Assembly: GCA_964345235.1 (NCBI GenBank) | Contig: CAYFQE010000004.1 | Location: 4,366 to 68,365 of the forward strand | Origin: an uncultured Oscillospiraceae bacterium | GTDB lineage: Bacteria > Bacillota > Clostridia > Oscillospirales > Oscillospiraceae | Direction: 5' to 3' | DNA: 64,000 nt | Shown: positions 1 to 7,192 of the stretch, piece after piece | Numbering within the stretch: the first letter of the stretch is position 1 | How the letters are laid out: each line of letters opens with the position of its first letter | Translations under genes and position numbers: made by a program | The notes under the pieces: generated by a model | What the model was told of the DNA's origin: nothing | Databases searched by the model: none | Seen by the model: the letters and a program-made list of their open reading frames with translations, nothing else

Positions 1-469
1 TATCCTTCATATCGATTCCGGTTGTGCCGAGCTTTGTCGCACCCCAAACATAGACTTTACCCGAATTTGAAAGGCCGACAGTGAAGTTGCCGAAGGAATC
101 AATCATCTTTATATCGTTTTTAAGCTCTCTGGGTACACTCATCATGGAGAGAGTGGGGGGTATGTTCTGCTGTGTTACCTCGGTGTAGGCATCGTAATAG
201 GTGGGCATAAATTTAGGTCCTATGATTACGAAGAGAAACATTCCTATGACAAGACATAGAGCGAACACTGCAAGCTTTCGCTCCATAAAGTTGTTAAAAA
301 TCTGCCTTCCCGGGCTAATAATCTCCTCGACGCTGTTGGCATCCTGCATTCTGGCTTCAAGCTCGTCTGCAAGTTCCTTGCCCGCGCCGAAGAAAATTCT
401 TCTCACGGCGCGCATAAAGGGAGAGGCGGGCGTGGTATGAGATTTTTTTTCGCTATTTTTTTTGTTCAT
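1..469 (-). CDS. ABC transporter permease, OppC/DppC-like, N-terminal part (gene runs off the left window edge)
   Basis: Absent from the ORF track because it is open at the edge. Reverse-strand ATG at 469..467, 15 nt after the stop of the OppB-like gene. My translation is MNKKNSEKKSHTTPASPFMRAVRRIFFG...FMERKLAVFALCLVIGMFLFVIIGPKFMP..., which gives an OppC_N-type first TM helix. Sits in an operon with a permease and a binding protein. Confidence 0.55.
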   Translation of the reverse strand, partial: MNKKNSEKKSHTTPASPFMRAVRRIFFGAGKELADELEARMQDANSVEEIISPGRQIFNNFMERKLAVFALCLVIGMFLFVIIGPKFMPTYYDAYTEVTQQNIPPTLSMMSVPRELKNDIKMIDSFGNFTVGLSNSGKVYVWGATKLGTTGIDMKD

Positions 470-484
470 CTTAATACCGCCTTC

Positions 485-1528
485 CTACTTGCTTACCCTT
501 ACTCTGGGGTCAACAATACCATACAGAATATCTATAATGAGGTTGCCCAAAAGTCCGAGCGACACATAAAAGCACTGCATAAGCATAATGACATCAAAGT
601 CGGCTGTTCTGAGCGCCTGAATCATCAGTCTTCCCATACCGTGTATGCCGAAGGTGCTCTCAACAACCAGCGAACCGGAGAAAAGGGACATAAACCATCC
701 GACCACAAGAGTAACTATCGGAATAAGCGCATTTCTGAAAGCGTGGGAATAGATAACCGTCTTCTCTCTGACGCCCTTGGCCCTGGCTGTTCTTATGCAG
801 TCCATGCTCAGCGCCTCTATCATTGAAGCTCTAACATATCTCGTCATACCGCCCAAAGAGCAGAAGGTCATGACTATGAGCGGAAGTATCATATAGTACA
901 TGCGGTCTTTAAAGTACTGAAAGCCCGTGTACATACTGCCGGGCGTCTTCATTCCGCTCGGCGGGAGCCAGCCGAGATTGGAGCTGAATATCCAGATAAA
1001 AATTATTGCGATAAGGAAGACCGGCAGGCTGTAGCCGATAATGGTAATTATCTGCACAATCTGGTCGGTAGCCTTGCCTCTCTTTACGGCGCAGTGTATA
1101 CCCAGCGGTATTGAAATGCCCAGAGCCAGCGCCGTGGCAAAGATATTGATAAAAAGCGTTGTCTTTAAGGGACTCTTTACAACATTTATAACTTCGTCTC
1201 TGAGCTCATAGGAATAGCCGAAGTTTCCTTGTAAAAGTCCGTTGTAGTTCCCATAATACATGGGATAAACACCGACCCACCTCAGGTATCTTATCGCAAG
1301 GTTATCGGTGTCGGTGCCGTACCTCCTTTGATACTCGAGGTACAGCTTATCGAACATCTCGGCCTGCTGCTTTGCAGGGAGCTTGCCTTTCATCGACTGA
1401 ACATCGTTTCTGGCTTCGGTGTATGCTCTGTTGTTCGGCATAAGGTTGTAGATTAAAAACATTATAAAAGAGAGTAAAAGCAACATGACAAGCATGTATA
1501 CCATTCTCTTTGCAATATATTTGGCCAT
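485..1528 (-). CDS. ABC transporter permease, OppB/DppB-like (peptide/nickel family)
   Basis: 347 aa. N-terminal TM (YMLVMLLLLSFIMFLIYNL), multiple TM segments, and an EAA-like loop (MIEALSMDCIRTARAKGVREKTVIYSHAFRNA) typical of binding-protein-dependent permeases. Confidence 0.85.
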   Translation of the reverse strand: MAKYIAKRMVYMLVMLLLLSFIMFLIYNLMPNNRAYTEARNDVQSMKGKLPAKQQAEMFDKLYLEYQRRYGTDTDNLAIRYLRWVGVYPMYYGNYNGLLQGNFGYSYELRDEVINVVKSPLKTTLFINIFATALALGISIPLGIHCAVKRGKATDQIVQIITIIGYSLPVFLIAIIFIWIFSSNLGWLPPSGMKTPGSMYTGFQYFKDRMYYMILPLIVMTFCSLGGMTRYVRASMIEALSMDCIRTARAKGVREKTVIYSHAFRNALIPIVTLVVGWFMSLFSGSLVVESTFGIHGMGRLMIQALRTADFDVIMLMQCFYVSLGLLGNLIIDILYGIVDPRVRVSK

Positions 1529-1654
1529 TAATAAAACTCCGTTTCGCTCGTCCGTCTGCCCGTTCGTTGTATTTTCCCTTAAGACGAACGAGTTTTGCGT
1601 AAAATATACTGTGGAAAATAATAAAGTAAAAAGGGATTAAAATCAAGCCCTATA

Positions 1655-1694
1655 ATCAAAATCTACACAGAAGAGGATACCCTCTTCTGTGTAG
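1655..1694 (-). terminator. Strong stem-loop between the binding-protein gene and the permease genes (partial terminator / mRNA stabiliser)
   Basis: 14-bp perfect stem CTACACAGAAGAGG (1663-1676) / CCTCTTCTGTGTAG (1681-1694) with loop ATAC. On the minus strand it is followed by AUUUUGAUU. Lies 40 nt downstream of the stop at 1735. Confidence 0.45.
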
Positions 1695-1734
1695 TTTTGC
1701 TCTAGGCAAAATTATCTTTTAAAGCGCCGCAAAT

Positions 1735-4026
1735 TTAGGGCTTTGCAGTTTCTGCAGGAGTTTCTTCCGCGGGAGCTTCCTCTGCGGCCGCCTCTGCGTC
1801 TATCATGTAGACATCAGCGAGGTCTTTGAGGTAGCAGATGGAGTAGTTCTCATACATACCGGGTTCGATTGTCCAGTTATATGCATAGTCGTAAGCTGCG
1901 CTGTTAAAGCCTGTTGCGAAGTTGAAGCAGCAGTACATGGGAGAGCCTGCGTAGAAGCCGTAAACGGCGCTCTGATAGAGCTCGTCAAGCATCGGTGCAA
2001 ATTCGCCTATCTGCTGCTGAACAACAAAGCCGGCCTTTGTCATGTTGTCGTTCTCCATGAATCCTGTTACCAAGAGATCTGTGAACTCGTTGTCAACAGT
2101 GCCGTACCAGTTGAGAGCCAGAGGCATGTAGTAGTCTTCGCCAACCTTTGTTGTCGCGTATGCGCCGTCCTTAGACTTATAGTTGATGTCGTTCTCAGAG
2201 GCTCTTGCGCCCTCGATCTTCTTGTAGCGGACGCCTTCCACATAGTCATTGCCGTCCTTGTCGTAAATCCAGCCGCCCTCTTCGAGAACCGCTATGGCCG
2301 AGTCGGCGGAGGTGGCATAGGCGTTGAGCTGCATGCCGTTTTCAACAGCAGCCTTGTTCATCCATGCATCCTTGTAGTAGGGGCCGTCAACAACACCGCC
2401 GTAGCCGCCTGTGAAGTCCTTCGCAAACTGCGCTCTGTCCATGCAATAGGCAATGGCCTGGCGAACTTCGACGAACTGTACAGGACCGTAGTCGGCGCGG
2501 AAGCCGAGCTTTCCGTAGCCGGCGCGGCTATAGTGGATGTAGGCAAATTTGCCGTCGGACTCGTCGGCAGCTGTAATGGCCTCGTTTGTGGCCGTGCCTC
2601 CTGTGATGCCGGCAAGAAGGTCAACGCCGCCGGCCTTGAGGTCTTCGAGCTGTGTCTCTGTGACTATTCTCTTATATGTAACCTTCTCTATTGTGGGAAC
2701 AGTACCCTCGTAGTTGCCGGGGAAGTTGGGGTTTCTCTCGAGTATGACGGACTTATCTGCAACATCATATGCCTTTACCATGTAGGCGCCGGAATATGCG
2801 TAGGTATCATCGGCGTTGAGAGCGGACTCCTTGACATGGTCTGCCATGACATACTTTGTGCCATCGACCATCTCGTAGAATTCGTCGCTCAGATACACGC
2901 CGTTGCCGTCGTCCTGTATGGTGTTTTCACCGAGCCAGAGAGGCAGAACCGTGGGAGAGAAGCTTGCGTAGGTTATATCGTAGAAATAGGGGAGATATTC
3001 GGCATCGATAGTGACGGAGAACTTATAGTCTCCAAGGAGCCTGAGACCCTTGAATTCCTTTGTGCCCTCTGCGCTCTCGGGGCCGGTGTATGCGCTGAAG
3101 TCATCATAGCCGACAACCGTGAGACCCGTTTTGTGGTCTCTGCTTGCTGCTGCTGCGCCAACGGGACTTGAGAACACGAGTGTTTGGGGCAGGTAGTTGA
3201 TTGCCTTAACCTCGGAGCCGTCGGAGAACACAAGACCCTCTTTGATTTCGATTTCAAATGTCTTGGAGCCGTCTTCGTTCATGGTCTGCTTGAGATCCTT
3301 GACGACGGTCTCGTTTACCGTATATCCGCCTTCCTTTGTTGAAACGACTGTCTCAAGGCCGTTTACCAGGTAGCCGATATCGTTATCGGATGCTGCGGGG
3401 TTGGTTGCTCCAAAGCTGGGATAGCGGAACTTGCCGCCGAGCTCTGTGGAGTTTCCGAGAATGATGCCCTTGTCGGCCTTCTCGCTGCCCCAGTCTATGA
3501 GAGCTCTTGCAGGTCCCCAGAAGGGGTTTGTGGGATTCTCTTGAACACCTGTAATTTCGGCATTGTAAACATCATAATACTCGTTGGAGTAAAGGGGAAC
3601 CTCCGGAAGGAGATAGTTCCAGCGCTGGATGTAGAGCTTCCACCATGCGGCATAAACATCGTCGGAGCTCTTGAACTTGCTGCCCTCGGGAACTTCGGCA
3701 TTGTAAACCATGGCCATGGAAAGGAAGTCCATACCCAGCTCATATTTTTCGCCCTCGAAAGTGGCATAGGCAAGACCCGTATCGGGATCCTCCGTCACAT
3801 CGTCAATGGTGACCTCCTTGCCGAACTTTTCGTAAAGAGCGACATAATCCTTGCCATACTCAAGATTGACAAGGTCTGCGACCATCAGCGCACTGGGATC
3901 GAATGCGAGGGGCGCTTCGTCCTTGCCATCGCCTGCTTCGGGTTTTTCGGCAGGCTGTCCGCATGCGGCCAGAGCCAGAATCATGGCGAAAGCAAGCAGA
4001 AGAACTAACAATTTTTTCATCTTCAT
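1735..4026 (-). CDS. ABC transporter substrate-binding lipoprotein, family 5 (oligopeptide-type), unusually long (763 aa)
   Basis: Lipobox signal MKMKKLLVLLLAFAMILALAAC-G. Long soluble domain with an acidic Ala/Glu/Pro-rich C-terminal tail. Lies directly upstream of two peptide-type permeases. Confidence 0.8.
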   Translation of the reverse strand: MKMKKLLVLLLAFAMILALAACGQPAEKPEAGDGKDEAPLAFDPSALMVADLVNLEYGKDYVALYEKFGKEVTIDDVTEDPDTGLAYATFEGEKYELGMDFLSMAMVYNAEVPEGSKFKSSDDVYAAWWKLYIQRWNYLLPEVPLYSNEYYDVYNAEITGVQENPTNPFWGPARALIDWGSEKADKGIILGNSTELGGKFRYPSFGATNPAASDNDIGYLVNGLETVVSTKEGGYTVNETVVKDLKQTMNEDGSKTFEIEIKEGLVFSDGSEVKAINYLPQTLVFSSPVGAAAASRDHKTGLTVVGYDDFSAYTGPESAEGTKEFKGLRLLGDYKFSVTIDAEYLPYFYDITYASFSPTVLPLWLGENTIQDDGNGVYLSDEFYEMVDGTKYVMADHVKESALNADDTYAYSGAYMVKAYDVADKSVILERNPNFPGNYEGTVPTIEKVTYKRIVTETQLEDLKAGGVDLLAGITGGTATNEAITAADESDGKFAYIHYSRAGYGKLGFRADYGPVQFVEVRQAIAYCMDRAQFAKDFTGGYGGVVDGPYYKDAWMNKAAVENGMQLNAYATSADSAIAVLEEGGWIYDKDGNDYVEGVRYKKIEGARASENDINYKSKDGAYATTKVGEDYYMPLALNWYGTVDNEFTDLLVTGFMENDNMTKAGFVVQQQIGEFAPMLDELYQSAVYGFYAGSPMYCCFNFATGFNSAAYDYAYNWTIEPGMYENYSICYLKDLADVYMIDAEAAAEEAPAEETPAETAKP

Positions 4027-4107
4027 CTAATTTCCTCCTAATTTATTATTTTTTGCGGCTGTAGCCGCTATATAAACTTGCGGATGTCCCACAAAATTTA
4101 TTTTAAG

Positions 4108-4344
4108 TTAATCTAGTTCGAAGAGCTTTGAAACGGGAACTTCCAAAACCGAGCCGATTTTAAAAAGCGTTTCGAGTGAAATCCCCTTAATATCCTTTGC
4201 ATTGTTTGCCTCGATTTGGCTAACAAAACTTAAAGAGCGACCTATGGCCTCGGCCATTTGCTCTTGAGTAAGGCCGCGGAGCTTTCTGTAGTAGGCAATC
4301 TTTAGACCCAAAACTCTAAACCGCTCTCTGTAGTTCTCGCGCAA
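4108..4344 (-). CDS. XRE-family helix-turn-helix transcriptional regulator
   Basis: 78 aa. Classic Cro/C1 HTH: LRGLTQEQMAEAIGRSLSFVSQIE. Confidence 0.8.
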   Translation of the reverse strand: MRENYRERFRVLGLKIAYYRKLRGLTQEQMAEAIGRSLSFVSQIEANNAKDIKGISLETLFKIGSVLEVPVSKLFELD

Positions 4345-4594
4345 TAATACCCTCCAACTGTACTCGATAAAAAGACAAAAGTAGTAAAATAACGATACTT
4401 AATAATTTTATATAAAAATCCGTTATATTTAAACCAACTCTAAGAACGATTTTACTCGCCACGAGAGAGTGTATGTGTTTTATTTACTCAAAGTGACATT
4501 TATAACACAAAAATTACATGTAAAATCCAAAGTTTGTTTCTTATATATCTCTTGTAAAGTTTTCGACTTAATCTTTATCGGCTCTCGGCGCCGC

Positions 4595-5365
4595 TCAAAG
4601 GTATGCGAGAGACATGGCTATCGTGAATTGGGCAGCATAGTATGTTATGTGGTTTACGCTTATCATAAGGCGACTCTCGGGGTTCATAGCACCTTTGCGC
4701 TCGTAGTCGGCGCTCTTGCTGAAATATGTGATTGAGAGAATTAAATCCGAAAGCAGAAACAGGAGTGAGCCTATAAAAAGCATTTTAACCGCCGGACCGC
4801 CTGCGCCTGACTTTAGATTAAAACCCGTGAACGCAGCGAAGAGGATTAGTAAAATGCTGTAAGAAATGGTCGGAACAATAAATTTTCCGAAGTACATCTT
4901 CATAACAAAAACCGAAAACCCTATGATTGCGGCAGTCGCTACAATTGAGATTAAGAACGAGTAGAACAAAAAGCTGTAGGTGTTGGGGATTCTGATAAGA
5001 AGAGCCGCAATGTAGAGTATGTGCCCCAAGCCGAAAGAAATCATGCCGAAGTAGGTGACTTGGTCGTGGTTTTTAACAGCCTCGGAACAGCTGTTGCGAA
5101 TACCCTTGAAATAGGCTTTGAAGTCGAGGAAAACATCGCCGACAAGACCCAAGACAAGTCCGAAAATAACGAGCCCTGCGGTGAAAAGCAGTTCCTTTGT
5201 CACTTCATCGGCTCTGCCGCTTAAAGCTGCAAAGGCAGTCGCAATAAAGCAGAGTGAAACTGCTGTTTTAAAAATAATTGCAAGGACAGACGAGTTTTTA
5301 TCTCTCATGAAAAGAAAAACGCTCAAAAATACTGTTCCCGATATGAGCATTATGTAGGGCTCCAT
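4595..5365 (-). CDS. YhhN-family integral membrane protein (lysoplasmalogenase-like)
   Basis: Polytopic membrane protein with YhhN-like motifs LVGDVFLD, FGLGHILYIAA and LLFLLSDLIL. Start trimmed to MEPYIML (ATG 5365), which has a GGAGG 7 nt upstream. Confidence 0.55.
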   Translation of the reverse strand: MEPYIMLISGTVFLSVFLFMRDKNSSVLAIIFKTAVSLCFIATAFAALSGRADEVTKELLFTAGLVIFGLVLGLVGDVFLDFKAYFKGIRNSCSEAVKNHDQVTYFGMISFGLGHILYIAALLIRIPNTYSFLFYSFLISIVATAAIIGFSVFVMKMYFGKFIVPTISYSILLILFAAFTGFNLKSGAGGPAVKMLFIGSLLFLLSDLILSITYFSKSADYERKGAMNPESRLMISVNHITYYAAQFTIAMSLAYL

Positions 5366-5632
5366 AATAAGTCCTCCATTCGACACTCGTTTTCTAACTT
5401 TGAACTCAAAATTTCTTTTAATTACGACGACAGCCCCGTTAGAAAACATGCGTCATAAATTTTAAAAATACATTTAATTATACCATATTTATGGCCTGCA
5501 TTCAAATCGGGAGCCCGATAATAAACACCTGTCAACTACCGCACTCTTTAGAGTTTAAGTTGACTAATCTGCTCTTTCTTGTTAGTATTCTCGTGTTCAA
5601 ATGCTCTCTGAGAGCTGAAAGGACGGTATTAA

Positions 5633-6388
5633 ATGAACGAGTTGAATTTAAATGAAGATAAAAATACAGTAAACGACGCCAAAGCCGGAAACTCGGACGA
5701 CACTAAATATTTCAACTACAAGGTACAAAAAGACTTTGTTTTAGAAGATATAAGGATGGCAAAAAGAAAAAGGCTGGGCGCGCTCTATATTTTCTTGCTA
5801 ATCCTAATCTTTATAGCCTCCCTATATCCTTTATATAAACATCTCACCGACATTAGCGGCAAGAGTGTGTTTTCGCAGCTAAAATATGTTCAGGCTGATG
5901 ATGAAGAGGAGAGCTTTATATCAAAATCTGACGGCACAAAGTATCAGGCCTTTATCGGAGACAGCGAAAAGGGTGAGGTAAGCTATAAGATTTATACCGA
6001 CAGTCTTTCGTTTACCGAAACCAGAGATGCCTGCAAGCTGATGGGCGGCGAACTGCTGACTATAGCGGATGAGGATGAATATGAGAAGGTTTTGCCTCTT
6101 ATGGAAGGCTCATCTGCAAAGTTTTTTTGGCTCGGTATATACAAGGACAAGAAAGGTAACTTTGTCACCCTAAACGGCGGTGTTCCCGAATTTTTCCCTT
6201 GGAAGCAGGCTCGTCAAATATCCGAAAAGACAGTACTTGGCGACAGGAACTACCTTATTTTCTTTAAAGACGAGAACGGAGAGTGGGCTTATAATTTGAT
6301 AGCAAACGACCCGACCGCCTCTTCTCCCGAAATGTTTAAGAACAACATTGCATACATATGCAAGTTCACCCCTAAAGGAAGCGAATAA
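5633..6388 (+). CDS. Single-pass (type II) membrane protein with a C-type-lectin-like extracellular domain
   Basis: TM helix LGALYIFLLILIFIASLYPLY. C-terminal domain carries CTLD landmarks SFTETRDACKLMGGELLTIADEDEYEKV, FFWLGIY, FFPW and AYICKF. Confidence 0.6.
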   Translation: MNELNLNEDKNTVNDAKAGNSDDTKYFNYKVQKDFVLEDIRMAKRKRLGALYIFLLILIFIASLYPLYKHLTDISGKSVFSQLKYVQADDEEESFISKSDGTKYQAFIGDSEKGEVSYKIYTDSLSFTETRDACKLMGGELLTIADEDEYEKVLPLMEGSSAKFFWLGIYKDKKGNFVTLNGGVPEFFPWKQARQISEKTVLGDRNYLIFFKDENGEWAYNLIANDPTASSPEMFKNNIAYICKFTPKGSE

Positions 6389-6396
6389 AAATATCC

Positions 6397-6436
6397 GCCC
6401 CGAGAACTTTTAACGCTTCTCGGGGCGTTTTGTTTC
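6397..6436 (+). terminator. Rho-independent terminator after the CTLD gene
   Basis: Stem GCCCCGAGAA (6397-6406) / TTCTCGGGGC (6417-6426) followed by GTTTTGTTT. Confidence 0.7.
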
Positions 6437-6462
6437 TATCTTTAATTGACAGGCTTGCCATC

Positions 6463-7020
6463 TCAGATCATGCCCGAGATTCCTCTCTCGGTAAGCAACA
6501 GAATTATTTTGGAAAGCTGAGCCGGATTGAGCTTTACACTTCCCCTTAGCCACTCTCTCAAAATTCCGATGGATCCCGTTGCCGCAAAGAGAACCGTCGG
6601 TTTAAGCATTTTCTCGGGTATATCGCGGCTATGTGCCCACTTGTTTGTGAACTCCTCCTCGATAAAGCCCACGACCTTGGCGGTAAATCCGGAGTCATCT
6701 ATGTTTGATAGAAAATGCCTGCATATATCTCGGTTTTCATCCACAAATATAAAGAAGCTCTCCAATACCTCCTCGGTGTTGCTACACTCATCACTGAGAA
6801 TAGGTCCGAGGTTTTCGGTAACCTTGGTGATGAGTTCGTCCTCTACCTGCTTATATAAATCGAATATGTCTATATAGTGACTGTAGAAGGTGGCTCTGTT
6901 TATTTTCGCCCGTTTGCACAGCTCGGTGACACTGACCTTGGATATGGGCTTTTCATTCAGAAGTTCAATCAGCGCATTTTTTATACTCATTTTGGTATAT
7001 CTTACTCTTCCGTCCTCCAT
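6463..7020 (-). CDS. TetR/AcrR-family transcriptional regulator
   Basis: N-terminal TetR HTH: IKNALIELLNEKPISKVSVTELCKRAKINRATFYSHY. Divergent from the MMPL gene. Confidence 0.85.
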   Translation of the reverse strand: MEDGRVRYTKMSIKNALIELLNEKPISKVSVTELCKRAKINRATFYSHYIDIFDLYKQVEDELITKVTENLGPILSDECSNTEEVLESFFIFVDENRDICRHFLSNIDDSGFTAKVVGFIEEEFTNKWAHSRDIPEKMLKPTVLFAATGSIGILREWLRGSVKLNPAQLSKIILLLTERGISGMI

Positions 7021-7050
7021 TTTTTCGCCCTTCTCTTTGTTAAAATTTTA

Positions 7051-7066
7051 ATTATCTTGAGATAAT
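7051..7066. promoter_or_regulatory. Candidate TetR operator: 16-bp perfect palindrome
   Basis: ATTATCT-TG-AGATAAT at 7051-7066, in the 172-bp divergent region between the TetR gene (start 7020) and the MMPL gene (start 7193). Confidence 0.45.
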
Positions 7067-7192
7067 CAACTCATTGTCGGTTTTGTGTTTAAAATCTTAC
7101 ACTTTAAAGCAAACTGTTCCTTGCACTTATTTCGTTTTGATTATAATATACAAAGCGAAAGAAAGTCAACAACTTGTTTAGCGGGGATAAAG

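Noticed and set aside
201-826. Plus-strand ORFs 201..440 and 437..826 at the left edge.
   Set aside because: They are antisense to the two ABC permease genes, have unusual composition, and have no ribosome-binding sites.
2533-3171. Long antisense ORFs inside real genes (for example 2533..3171+, 18716..19450+, 42069..42851+, 42930..43604+, 59500..60426-, 30128..30751+, 39970..40680+).
   Set aside because: Each lies opposite a gene with unmistakable family motifs (binding protein, polA, GltD-like, PrsA-like, YkvI-like, hydA). They have low-complexity, Cys/Arg-rich or otherwise implausible composition and no SD or start context. They are shadow ORFs typical of GC-richer coding DNA.
5633-6388. 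Possibility that the CTLD protein is the variable protein of a diversity-generating retroelement.
   Set aside because: There is no reverse transcriptase, no accessory gene, and no template/variable repeat pair anywhere in the window.
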